Both the position numbers and the translations under genes were made by a program. The notes beneath the pieces were generated by a model. That model was given only the letters and a program-made list of their open reading frames with translations. It did not search any database and was not told the origin of the DNA. A DNA stretch of 64,000 bases from Callorhinchus milii (lineage: Eukaryota), in assembly GCF_018977255.1 (NCBI RefSeq), contig NW_024704742.1:65350001-65414000 (forward strand), in the 5' to 3' direction. Numbering within the stretch: position 1 is the stretch's first letter; every line of letters starts with the position of its first letter. Positions 1 through 13,500 of the stretch are shown piece by piece.

Positions 1-478
1 CAATATTTTTAAACTTTATTCTTGAAATCCTTATAACAGATTCATAACTAATTGTAGTTTGCAGTTGATGTGCAGTTACTGAACCCTCTGCAAATACTTC
101 ACATTCTGATGGAGTGCTTTTTTTCTTGACTATGAAGGGAGAGAAGGAATGTGTCACAATAGAAGCCAGCTGTGGGGAAGGAAAGCATCTTGTTCTTACC
201 TAACCAGCTGTGAAGTCTATAGATTAATTAAAGCAACATGCGGCAGGAGATTCGAGACTCCCAATAGTGCCATTATCCAACTTTTTCTAGAACTGCAATT
301 TGTTTTAGGACAAAAAAGGGTAGAATTAATTTATAAGACAACCTCGGTTCTTGATCATTTACAGAATGTTCGATAAGGGAATCGGTTGCATAAGTAACTA
401 TAAAGGTAATTAATTGCCCTGAGATTATAAAGAAAAATTAAATTGTTTTCTCTAATTGCATTGTGTTATTTATTGTAG

Positions 479-583
479 TTGACCAGAAATTGAGAAGTCC
501 TGCTCTGGAAGACTGTGCTTTATGTCGAGAAAGTGTTTCTTCCTCTGAACTTGTTGAAAAAACAAGAGATGAAGATCTTGAAG
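479..583 (+). CDS. ZFYVE28: ZFYVE28 (Lst2) internal coding exon, third from last (105 nt, phase 1-1)
   Basis: ttgtag|TT acceptor and GAAG|gtaaag donor; reads [35 protein letters not shown], matching the recalled pre-FYVE segment of ZFYVE28 ([31 protein letters not shown]); splices in frame to the exon at 2013. Confidence 0.92.
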
Positions 584-2012
584 GTAAAGTGTTAAAGCAT
601 TTGCTAATGCAGTTGTAATGATTAGTAATAAGCTTTCCTGGCATAATTGAGGATTTTACCTTTATACATTAGTTTTAGTAGATGGCATTATTGCTTCACA
701 AGTAAATTTATTTGCTCAACTCCATGTTGACTGAACAGTATCTTATTCTGTTTTCTAATTCGTAAATGTTTCTGATAAAAATGAAGATTTTCCATTTCAT
801 CTGTGTGTGTGTGTGTCTCTCTCTCTCTCTACCTCCCTCCCTGGGTTAATTTGGCTTTGAATATGAAATTCAAGAGGGAATGAGTTTTTACTGATTGATG
901 GTGTAAATGTGCAAACATTGGTTTAAACAGTGACTTTAATGGTCCATATCACTAAAATATTGTAATAAGACTCCCCAGGTTTACTTCACCTGAACTCTTA
1001 TAAGATTTGGGACCCCAATATTTTATGTTTGCAAACCAGACTTGCTAAGTGTGCATTCCAATTCACAATCAAAAATTGTGAGATTTGCAAAACAGATGAC
1101 TGCAAATCCCAAGCTGGTAAAGTCTGAAAGAAAGGCTTCAAGTAAAACACTTCAATCTACAGGGCAAACAAACAAAGCAAATTACATTTGTATAGCGCCT
1201 TTCACATCAGGAGGACGTCCCAAGGCGCTGGACAATCAGTGTTTCGTACCCGAGCTGGGGGGCGGGATCGGGTAAGGTGGAGGGCAAGCGGTGAAGGATG
1301 GTCATCGAAGGCACAGTCGAAGAGGAGGGTCTTGAAGGAGGTGGATAACAAATAACATAAATTACCAGTCCACATAGTTTTGCTCAATAAAGATGAAAAA
1401 GCTTTGAATTCTGTGACCTTTCCTTCTTATCATGGTTATACTTTTGACTTAAGTAGAACCAATTCCACAGTCACCTAAGGCTTCTGACATTGTAGATTGC
1501 GTACTTTCTTCCCCCTCTTTAGTTGCTCCACTGCAATCTGTAGCACTGGCAGCAGAATGGAAACCGTGCTGTCTCAAATTTCCACACGTGCAGTTCTTTT
1601 TCCAAGTTAGCAATCACAATTTGGATCTGTTCTGGATAATTGCTGCTGTGCAGAGAAAGTCTGTGCCAGCTGACTGAGCTGTTTTCCCATCACTGAACTC
1701 ATATGTGATAGCTCAGCCCATCTGTGCCCAGGAGCACAGGGCTGCTGACACTTGAAGGGACATTTATGCTGTTTTCAGCACTATTATCTCTGGGGTTGGG
1801 TGAAGACATTGTTGAGCATCTCCAGGAGTAAATGTTCATCTTGCAGTGCTGTGGGGCTTGACACCAGCAGCAGTTTCATTTTAATCCAGAAAGTTACTAA
1901 AATGGGAAACCTAGCAAGATGCTGAATGTACGTGTTTTCACTGGGGAGTGGGAATAATTGAATCGGTTTAAATGGTTTATGTGAAGAAAAGTGTATCTTT
2001 TGTGTCTGACAG

Positions 2013-2116
2013 ATCCTCCAGATTGGGTACCAGACGATGTCTGCAGTTACTGCACTGCTTGCAAGGCACCGTTCACTGTGATCCGAAGAAAGCACCACTG
2101 CAGAAGCTGTGGGAAG
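2013..2116 (+). CDS. ZFYVE28: ZFYVE28 penultimate coding exon, N-terminal half of the FYVE finger
   Basis: tgacag|AT...GGGAAG|gtaatc; [35 protein letters not shown] carries the WxxD and RRKHHCR FYVE motifs. Confidence 0.97.
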
Positions 2117-3309
2117 GTAATCAACAAAAATAAGTCTTGAAAAGAAGCTTTTGAATGAAATTGTAGAATCATATCCCACATAGAAACAGGCCACTTGGCC
2201 CTCTTATTCTGTGCTGGTGTTTTTCTTAATATGACCACCCTAATCTCACTCTCCTGTTTGCTTCCTACATGCCTTACAAACCTCCTCTTTACAAACATGA
2301 ATCTAATTCATTATTTTTTTTAAATTACAGACTCTGCATTGCAAAGGTTTGCCAGATAATGTAACTCAACCACCCTTTGCGTGAAGACATTTTTTATTCT
2401 CCCCTTTAATTCCCTTGCAGTTATCTTAAATTTGTGCCGTCTCGTGTGCTGATTTACCAGCCAGTGGCAATAGTTTGTTACTGCCTTTTCAGATGGATGT
2501 TAAAGGTCCCATAGCAATATTCAAAAAGCAAAGGGCATTTCTCTCGGTGTCCAAACCAAAAATCCGCCAGATAAAATTGGCCATTCACTCCATCGCTGTT
2601 TGTGAGTCACAGCTGTGCGCAAGTTGACTGCCATGTTCGCCTATAAATGCAGTCACTGCACTTTACAGAAATTTTATGAAGAGCTTTGAGACATTCTCTG
2701 TGTTATAGGTGCTATAATCAAATGCACTATTATTAACAAGCAAGTTATGGGGATTATTGGCTAGGACACCAGGAGAAATTCCCTTTACTTCTTTCATAAG
2801 AACTTTAATGTCAATCTGAACAGGCCAACAGAACCTTAGTTCCACTTCTGATCTGAAGGACGGTCCCTTCAACTCTGCAGTGCTCTTTCGGTACTGCACT
2901 GGTGTGGAACTGGAGGAGTGCTGCATTGTTGAAGAGGTTTGAATCCACAACTTTCCGGCCCGGAGGCTAAAAGTTCGACCAACTGAGCCAAGCTGATACA
3001 AACCTCGAATGAGTTCACACCCACTCTGTCTTGAGTTTATTTTGCAACCAAAATGGGATTTCAGGAAATATTTTGTAAATGTGTTGCACTTTTCATCAAT
3101 GGTGTACAGTCAGGAGAGGTTGGCCACAAAATACACAGTCAGTTTACTTTACAGTATATCTCATGAAGCGCTTTGTGACGTCTCAACAAAGTGATAAGCT
3201 GCTATATCAAATGCAAGGATGATTATTATTACCACATTTTCACTATTCATTCTAAAAGTGAACTTATTCAAACATTGCTCTTTACTGTATTTGGTCCTTT
3301 GTTTTTCAG

Positions 3310-3441
3310 ATCTTCTGCTCACGTTGCTCTTCTCACTCTGCTCCTTTACCTCGATATGGCCAGATGAAGGCAGTCCGGGTCTGCACCCATTGCTATATCT
3401 TCCATGTAACTCCCTTCTACAGTAACAAAGCTAGCATTTGA
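3310..3441 (+). CDS. ZFYVE28: ZFYVE28 last coding exon, C-terminal half of FYVE finger to stop
   Basis: ttttcag|[46 protein letters not shown] with RVC motif; TGA at 3439-3441. Confidence 0.97.
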   Translation: MFCSRCSSHSAPLPRYGQMKAVRVCTHCYIFHVTPFYSNKASI

Positions 3442-6400
3442 TACTACTGAATGTCTACCTGATTCCAACATGTGTGGACTAACTCAACACCATTACAACG
3501 GACGGAATTCGATATCAAACCAGATGAGTCAGCATCAAAGTTCGATGGAACTTTAGCTAAGCATTTTCACCTCGTTAATAGAACCCAGATGGTGGATGAC
3601 TGGGAGAAGCTTTACCTGCAGATGGAAATTTTGTACAGACCTTTTTAATAATAATCCTTGCATTTTAAGTGATTTTGATAACGAGCTGCTAACACGATGT
3701 GCTGAACTTCTGTAGCTATTTAGCTAAGGTACAGTCTTCCGTGAATTTGTATCCAAGCATAAAAATATCGCAAGCTGAAGCAGGGCACTACGTGTAGGAG
3801 GGATCTTCCTGTATAGGTCTTGGGGTGGAAAACTTGAAGCTATGTTGCATCTGTTATACACTAATGATGGTTCACATCGTGGTAGTTAGTTAATCACAGC
3901 AAAAGTGGTCCAGATGATGATAGTCCCGACCTCTGTTTACAATTGGACAGTAATTGGAAAAGACTCCTGTCTGTATTTATTATAGGAGAGGATTATATTT
4001 CTACTACTAAAGCCATCCAAAGTGGCATTCCATTTAATGTTTTCTACCCAACACTAATGCTGGTCAAATTATTTTCCAGAAGCAACATCCAATTTTAAAG
4101 GTCAAGTGACAACATTTGCAGTTCAGTTTTTTCACAACTTTTTGTCCTCCCAGTGAGGTTATGCAGTCAGTTGTTCATGGGATCATGTCTGTTTGGTTTT
4201 AACGATGTATTGATGATGTCAGAGTTGAAGCACTTGTGGGCTGTTCTGGGTGATGTGGAGGCAGGAATCTCCATTGGAGGAGATGTTGCCTCTCTGGTGA
4301 TTATTGTAAATGTAACAGTAAATAATAATCCTTGTATTTGAAAGTGTGCCTCTAACATTGAAATATCTCAAAGAGCTTCAAAGGTAATTGCTGTATATTT
4401 CTAGGCAATGAGACAGCCAAGGTCCCATAAACAGTCATAAAATTAGTGTAAAATTTTCCTGATTTATGATGTCATTTTAGCCAGAATCTCGTAAGCCTGG
4501 TATTATGAGATCGAAGAGCAATTTGATGGATATCCTGAGGAGACTGAGATGGGGAGAGAGAGAAAAATAGCGGGGGTGAATGTTGATTACCAGGGATCTG
4601 GAATTATCTAATCTATTGATATTTGGTATTGCCTTATACAAGATTTCAGTGGTAAGTGCACTCTTGCTGTTGGAGTTCTATAGAGTGCAATTGCAAACTA
4701 ATTTCTTCCATCAATCTGTTACAAAACATTTTTACCTAATAAGTAAACCATCCTAAATGGAAATTTTATTTGCAAAACTCTTCTTCCTTGTGCTTTACTT
4801 TCTTCCTTCCATTTTAAAAAAAATAAATTAATATCGGAAGATGGAATCTAACTTGCTTCTTCCCCCAAAATCCAACACGTTTCCTAGGGCCATTCTGTTA
4901 AGCATTCACACTGTCTTCAGTCATTCATCTCTTTTTCTCTCTCTCCTTTCTCCCCAATTGGAAAATGCTCATCTTTTTTCTGTGACTCCTACAATGGTAC
5001 AGACAAAATTTGTGGGCATAAACACTTGGCCCATTCTCACCCATCACACCACTCAATTTGTCTTGTCTGACTGACTATTTGAATCGAAATGTTCATTTCA
5101 TGATGTTTCCGTAAAAAATTTCTGTAACCGTTTTCTTTTTGACGGGTTGAATGTAATTTAGGTGCTTTTTGTAAATTGATTTACTTCATCATCAGCAGCA
5201 ATTTCTGACTGTGCTCGGATTCCTGTTGTTTCTCAATTTTGAGTGCGAGTGAACAACACCAATTGTGGTAATTTGGAGAAATTATGGAATTTATGCATTA
5301 TGTGTCTGAAATGTTTATCTGTATTGATGTTTCTCATGATAATTGAAATTTCTAATCTTGTCACTTGATCTTTAAGCAATGCAAGTTTGGAGGGAAGTGG
5401 TTTTCCTTTAATAATTAGAGATTAACTTGGGGTAAAATTGGAACTAATTTGTGCCATATCTACATTTACTATGTACTTCAGCGTTATTAAAATACAATAA
5501 GAACCAAAAAGAGCAAATTTTCAAACCAGTGCTACACACAATTTTCTGATTCAGTTTCAAATTGGCATTTTTGCACTTGTTCAATGATTCGGTGAGCTTT
5601 CCAGGGCTTCGTGTATCTGGTGATATTTTTGATTTGGAAGTACAGTACTTCATTTAAAAAAATGTATTGTTGATTCTTAAGCCACAGTGTTTTATCAAAA
5701 GACAGCGTCTCGTTAATCGCATTGTTCATGTCCACCTCTTGTAAACCTATACGTTAAAAAAAAGCAAACCTTATAATTTTAATCTCGATTGTTTGCAAAG
5801 TGCAAGCTGTTGTATTTATTTCCTTCAAGCGAGTGGTCAGATCATTTTTAAATTGGAGTTCACTATATCATCTAAAGTCGTGTACCTGATGAGTTCTTTA
5901 TAGGCTGGGCATTGGATCAAAACTATTTCCAGTCATTTTCTTAATGTCCAAAATCATGAAACCTTGGGATCTCACATGTTCTCTCACCACTATAATGGTA
6001 TTGGAAACTATTTGCTTATTAACTTCAATCATGGAACTGATTTTAAGTTGAAGAAACTAAATAATATTTCAAATCCTCTACAGTGATCTTATTCAAAGGT
6101 ATACATCCTTTCAGTGTTAGAATTAGGAGAGTCAACTAGGACATTTGTCCTTGGCTCAACTCCCTGTGAAGTATAGGGTAGTTTAGTCTTGTAAGACAGA
6201 ATGAAACAAAAAATGCTCTGTGCCTGAAGCCTCCCACTCTACAGTGCATTCAACTGTCTGCTCACATCCACGATAATTATTGCTTGGTGCATGTTTATCT
6301 GCCAGGCCTGTACCGTTGAGACAGCCTTCAGTTCCAATGATTTAAAAAAAACTTCATCCTGATGTAAATCTACAATCAGTACTTGCCATTCTACAATTAT

Positions 6401-6867
6401 ATTGCAAACGTCAACCTTAATAAATAATTACTGGGAACTGTAGAATTACTTTAATTTAAAACCCTGGTAAACGGCATTGATAATTCCCATTTTAAAGGAC
6501 TTGCCACATCCAGATTAGTTACAAATCGCTCTCTGTGACCTAATTGGTAAACGTATTGCCTTGTGATATGCTGCCTTACAGGAGGGTCACAGTTTTGATA
6601 TGTGTTCTATGTTGAATTAACTGATTGAAATTGGAATATTGCAGTCACCTCAGTTCCCCAAGGAAAAGTCAGCTGTGGTTTTCAATCCTGATCCCTATCC
6701 AGTGACTCACTTGGGGTGAGATAAGGACAGGATTCTTAGTGGTAATCCTTATTCTTTTTTTCCTTTCTCCCCCACCATCCCCAATATAGTTATGTGCCTT
6801 TCCACAGTGCACTGTTAGGTTCACACATCAAATGGCTATACAGGAGGGTGACGGGTTTCAGGACATT

Positions 6868-7900
6868 GAACCATAGAAATTTACAGCCTGGAAAAAGGTC
6901 AGTCAGCCCATCATGCTGGCTATTTTAAAGAGCAACTCTTTCAGTCCCATTTATCTGCTATTTCCCCCCGTACCTCTATAGTTTACTCCTTTTTAGATAT
7001 ATATCTAGCTCCCTTTTTAAAACTAAAATAGTTTTGGCCTCAACCACTGCTCCCAGCAGGACATGCCATATCCTAACTACTCTGCCTGAAAAAAATTCCA
7101 TTCTTGCAATTTGGTAGCTATCTTAAATTGATGCACTTGAGTTACTCACTCACTGACAGGTGGAAATAATTTCTCCCTATTGACTCATCAATATCCCTCA
7201 TAATTTTAAAGACTTCCATCAGGTCATTGCCAACGTGCTTTGATTTAGCGCCTGCCTTATCACGTTGCAATGTCTCAAAAGTTCTTCACTGGATATACTG
7301 TAAAGTGGATTGACTGTGCATTTTGTGGGCAAACTATATTACCTTGCCACATCTGCAACATTACCTTTATCTGTTATCTTGGTCATTTCATCAAAGAACT
7401 CAACTTGTGTCTTCAAGTGGTTTTCAATATTATCCTGCATTATAGCCTCTTAATTTGCATGGATATTAGACTGACTGGTCTTTAGTTACTTTGCTAATAA
7501 TGTTCTCCCTTTTTAAATCAAGGCATTACACTAGCTACCTTCCAGTCTCCTTGCACAACTTTTGGATCCAAGGATTTTCAAAAAGTTGTCAGAGTATCTA
7601 CTATTTCCACCCTGACTTCCCTTAAGATTCTATCTTCAGCATCATCACTTTAGCATCTATTGCTATCCCTTATCTCACTACCAATCTCTTCTGTAAAAAC
7701 TGAGGGTAAAACCACATTAAGTATCTCTGCTATACCTTCATTTTCTACGATGAGATTTCCCTTTTTATTTCTGATTGGCCCTATCTTCTTTAATTATTCC
7801 TTTACTTTCTATGCGTTTGTAAAATCCTTTAGTATTTTTCTTTATGTTCCCTGTCGGTCTTTTCTCATCCCCTTCTGGCCTTTTTTGCTTCCCTCTTGAT
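6868..7900 (-). mobile_element. Decayed CR1 LINE fragments
   Basis: catagaaatttacagc...cagcccatcatg reverse terminus followed by degenerate CR1-like sequence; another at ~2160-2480. Confidence 0.6.
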
Positions 7901-10097
7901 CGTCTCACAGTTTGAACATGCAGTACACGTGCTTTATGCAAGTACCCTTCATCTTATTGCTCACCTGACCCAGCCTGACCAAGTGATGGCTGCTTTAATC
8001 AACGGTAAATGATCAGCTCTTGATCTCTTCTCACCTCCTGTTTGTCGCTTGTCTCTTCCACTCCACCATCAGTGGCCAGGCCTTCATCCACTACGCCCTA
8101 AAGCTCTGGAACTCTCCCTCAATCCCTCCGCCTTTCCCCCTCCCCACTTTCAAATCCCGCTTAAAGACCTTCCTTTTTAATGGTGCTTCCGGTCACCTTC
8201 ACCCCTCTCCCCTGGCTCAGTGTCAGACTCTGGCACTGTCAAGTCCTCCAGGACGCTACCCCGCATGAAGGGCGCTATATAAATGCAAATTATTCACCAA
8301 AGCAGTTGTAAGTGCAACTTCTATATCAGGTTATTTTGTTATGATGTGGTAATTTTGTACTTCTCAATAACCTGGACACAAAACAAAATTCCAAAGCCTG
8401 GCCTAACCATAATTTGGAAGTTTTCTTTGTACTTTGAAGATTCCTAAAGTCTGATTCATAAGAGATCCAGAAAGTTTTCTTGTTGATGTGCAAAGGCCCT
8501 GAAAAATGCACAGTTTAGTACCAACACATAATTTGTGCAATTGAACCTTCTCCCACCCCACTAACTATGTAGTTATTTTTATTGTTTTTATTATTCAATA
8601 ATTGGAAACTCAATGTATGACTGATCTCTTTCTATGCAAATTTGTGATTAATATTGCAATTAATAATCATAATAACATTCTGAAGTATCCAAAAAGAAAC
8701 AGACTTATACTTGTTCTGTTATTTTTTGTTTCAGCTGAAATAGAAGCAGCTTACGGTCACCTTCCCCTCTCTCCCCCTGGCTCAGTGTCAGACTCTGGCA
8801 CTGTCGAGCGCTCCAGGATGCTACCCCGCATGAAGGGCACTATATAAATGCAAGTTGTTCACCAAAGCAGTTGCTGTAAGAAAAAGTATCCAATGTCAAA
8901 CCACACCTACTGAACAGTGTAGTTGTGGCATCTAACCTTCATTGTCCTCGAGAGAATAGTATCAGTGACCAATTGGCTGAAAACTGTAAATGCAATCAAG
9001 GACATGCCTCTTGGGATGGTGCGTCATAAACCTGCATCCTGGGCAATGCACAGCATTGAAAGCAGATTGGAAAGATTTCTACCAAATAATATGTTCACTT
9101 TGAAATAACTGATTTCCCCCAATTAATTGTACAAAAGAAACCGATGTGGACAGATGATTAGTTTTATGATGCAAGCTGCCTAATCTCTATATTCTCAGTA
9201 GAATACTCATTTAGTTACAAATTTTGCCAGAGTTAGATGCCACAAACACACTGTTCAGTAGGTGTGGTTTGACATTTAGTATTTCCACCAAATTACTCTG
9301 AAAGTCACCATCCTGCAGCTCATCCGATTTATACAATTTTATCTGAATTATTCTGCTCCTGTTTGTAGCTCTTTCCAAGTCCTTGTGGCAGGTGATTTGA
9401 GTCTTAACTATATCTGTAGCGCTATTCACTGCTGAACAGTTGGTAAGATATACATATTACCATCTGAAACAAAGAATGTGATCCGTTGTTCTCAGAGTGA
9501 GGTGATGCATCCCATGTACATTGCCCACAGGTATTGTGGCCCAGTTCTAGCAGTAGATTCTACACTATTTTGGATTAAACTGAACTTTAAGATGGGTGGC
9601 CTCAACCTTGATAGCAATACAAACAACGTACAATTTTCCTCCTCGATTGCTGGTGATCTATTCAAAGCTTGCTAATGTAGATAATGACAAAACCGATCGT
9701 CAGAGTTTGATACTGTTGCTATTAGCCAGATGTGGCTTGGCTCACTCAATGAATGCTATATGACAGCCAGTGTATGATGACGCATTGATGCTACACAAAT
9801 CGAGTTTATAATCTCAGGTTTCAACTTGAAATACTTTGCAATGCATTTTTACTTTGTAGGAAAATACAGAAACAAGACTTTTTTTAAAAAAAGTAAGAAA
9901 AAAAACTTTGATTATAAAATGCACAAAGTTTGTTTCCTCTGTATAATTTGAATCATATTTAATGGATTGTGAACTATTTATTCAAGGCTTGTTTGATCTC
10001 ATTTTGTAAATGCTATTATCCAGATTCACTGATTTCATGCTGAATGACACTTAACTGAAGTTCTTAAATATGGTAGTTTCATATATGGTACAAATGA

Positions 10098-10592
10098 AAT
10101 AAAATCTGGACTACTTTACTGAAAAGCACAATAAATGGTACAGTTTTAATGAGTTATTGATCACATTGAATTGTATGTTTAAATAGCCAACTTTTCTTTT
10201 CCCTCAGGTGTTTTAAATAAACAGGTTGACTATTTTAAATATTTATATATAAACTTTAAAATATAGGTTTCAAATGTAATAATTTATTCTGTGTCCTTGT
10301 AATCAGGTTCAACTTACTTTCATGTAAAAAAAATTACAACAACAAATTGCATTTATATAGCGCCTTTCAGGCTGGGAGGACGTCCTAAGGCACTGAAAGG
10401 GGTGGATCAGGAAGATGTATTTCAATTAAAAACTGGACAAGTGAATCTGATCTATGAATGCAGTTACACTTTGTGAAACTGCAAGAGAAGACTTGGTACT
10501 GTGCTGCCCTCCAAAGACCCAAATCTGAACTTTTGCTCTGAAACTGGTGATTAAAAGATTGCAACTCAATCATGATTATTAAGCTAAATAAA
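10098..10592 (+). terminator. Candidate distal polyadenylation-signal cluster for ZFYVE28
   Basis: AATAAA at 10098, 10130, 10216 and 10587 in a very AT-rich stretch with TGTA elements; assignment to ZFYVE28 is inference. Confidence 0.4.
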
Positions 10593-13500
10593 ATGTATTC
10601 TGTTAACTAAGCATCGTCCCTGTGAGCATCTGATCATAGCATGATATACGATTTCATCAGACTCCCTGCCTCAGTAACCCTAAAGATTGGCCAGAGTAGC
10701 CAACCATGATTTCGTCAGGTTAGGGTTACACATCAAAGCAAGACTTGTGGACTTTAAATTTTGGTGTATTCGTCAAGTGGAACAATTTACAATGGTCATA
10801 CGAATTGTAAATCTGAGCAGGCTGAAAATCATCAGACTAAGGAAAAGAAACCCACGCATTTTTAGAGAATCTTTTCATGTTAAAACGTCTTAAAAGAACC
10901 TGAGCATCCAATATAAACTCAATGGATAAAAGATGGGATTTGTTTATTGGATGAAATATTAAAGCAAGGTCCAATATGCCTGTTCAGGCGGATGTTAAAG
11001 ATCCCATAGCGCTATTCAAAAAGAGAAGGGAGTTTCTCCCTGTGTCCTGGCCAATACGCCTCCAAATAAAATTGGTCATTAATTTCATAGCTGTTTGGGA
11101 TAATGCTGCGCGAAATTGTGCTGCTGCATTTGCCTAAAAATACAGTCACTGTTTCACAGTAAATCCTGTGAAGCCCTTCCAAGACATCCTTTCAACTCCA
11201 TACCGAAAGCAAGGATTATTATTATGTATTGTTTTTCCATGGGGTGAAATGCATTCACTTCACAGGGTGTGGTGCAGGTTGACAGTGTTTTTGAAAATAA
11301 GATGCAGTTGAGTTATCAAAGCCTCATTTCTGTCAAATGCAGTGACTTTGTTGGTAAACATAGACATTTTGTAAATAGACATGGGTGTGCAATTGGGCAA
11401 AATTGAGGAATGGTTAATGATGTGGAGGATTGTTGACCGGCTCAGGAAACCTTCTTCTATATTCAAATTGTGGCCCAGGATCTTTAACGTCCAGCTGAAA
11501 CACCGGCAGACAGGACACATTTGTCTCATACAAACATTAGCACCCCTCATAAGTTACTCTTGAGTAACCGGATTAAAAGATTAGGTCGCTCAATCCATAA
11601 TTGTTTGTGGTGCACTGCTGTGTGTAATTAACTGCCATGGTTTGCCCACAAAATATACAGTCAATTCACTTTACTGTATATTCTGTGAAGCGCTTTCAGA
11701 CATCTCAACGACATGAATAGACACTATATCAAGGATTATTATTATTCACCGGGGGAGGGGGACAGTTTGACAGTGTTTTTGAAAATAAGATTGGCTCAGT
11801 GCTCCTGGGACTCCTTGAAACACCTCCAGTCTCTTGCCCACCAGGAACTGACATTAGCCTCTGGTTATTTGTACTTTCTTCTCACCCGCACTTTTTATTT
11901 TTGCTTTAATCTCCCAGTTAAGCAGCAGCTGCTATTAGCAAGAATCACTTGACTAATATCATCTTTGATCTGTATGTGAAGTCACTGGTTTATCTTCAAA
12001 CAAGNTTTTTTTTACCACACCTCTTCGTACTGTATTGACACAGCTGTAGACAAAGTAGAGTTTTGTTCTCAGCGGAAAGAATGCTGCTAACCATTTCCTG
12101 ACCCAGCAGGTGTGAATACATCATGAATACATGAGGAGGGGGAAACAACCTTAGGCTGAAATCAACATAGAGAGGTAAATGTCTGCATTACTGTAGACTG
12201 GTGCCTTCTAAAGCCCAAGTCACCCTGCTTATCTCGTCACACTGCTGTGTGCAATCGGTGGCCGCCTCTTGCCCACAAAAATACACAGTCAATCCACTTT
12301 ACAGTGTATTCTGTGAAGCGCTTTGAGACGTCTCAATGCCGTGATAAGGCACTATATCAAATGCAAGGATTATAATTATCATCCCCATGCTTACCTTTGA
12401 TATAATACTTTTCAATACAATTTACACTTATATAGCAACTTTCATGTCAGGAGTATGTCTCAGTGCACTTCACAGGATTTACTACAACGTGTAGTAACTA
12501 TTTTGTAGGCTGACATTGCAGCCAATTTATGCCCAGCAATGTCCCACACCATCCATGAAAATAAGTCACCAATTTTATCGAATAGTGTATCGGATATTTA
12601 ACATGGGCCTGAACATGCAAATAAGACTTCAGTTTAACATCTCATCTGAAAGACAGCACCTCTAACAATGCAGCACTCTTCAGCACTCTATTGGAGTGCA
12701 AAGTCCTGACATGGGTCTTGAACCAAGAAATTTCTGTCTTGGAGGCGAGAGTAGTATCAACTGAGCTGGGCGTTTTAATGGAAAACCAGATATAAATGCA
12801 GAAATTCCACCACCTGGCCTAAGCTTAAGTTGCATCCATTAATTTAAGATAAGGCCAAATTCCTTTCATGTCTTTTAAGGTTGTTTCCCCTCATGGAAGG
12901 CTGTACGCCAAGCTAATTTGAGCATTCACTGTTTTGTCAGGAATTTCTTTGAAAGTGACATTTATTGAGGGGACTCTTTCCTTTCAGCTTCAGTCATACC
13001 CTTACTAGTTCCAGGCTTTGTAGCTGTGTTGGTTTTTCATATATTGCCCTGAAAAATGTAAGAACAGCTTTTGTAACCTGGAAGGTCATTGAGTACAGTC
13101 ATTGAGTACAGTATCAATTTTCTCAGTCATAGAACTGTTCATTGAGCCTTACTCTACATCCATCGGAAGAGTCGGACAAGCCAGTTTTGCTTCACCAGAG
13201 CTCTTTGAGGACATTGCTTTATTTGCCTTGTGTGGATACCTTGCTGAAAGTAATATGTTCTGAGTTAGTGGGGTTATGTTATGACATATCCAAAGGCACG
13301 TTTCAATTAATATTTTCAACTGTTAGGTTAGTTGATCGAGATTGTGACTAGACGTAATGGAAGTTTAATGAACTTAACTTTTGAATCTCTGTCTATCTGG
13401 ATATTGTTTAACATTGCTCTGGAGGTTGTAACCATCACAGTCTGTTGGTATGCCCAAAATCTTTAATGTGGGGAATGTATATTTCCGTCGGCCCTCCAAA

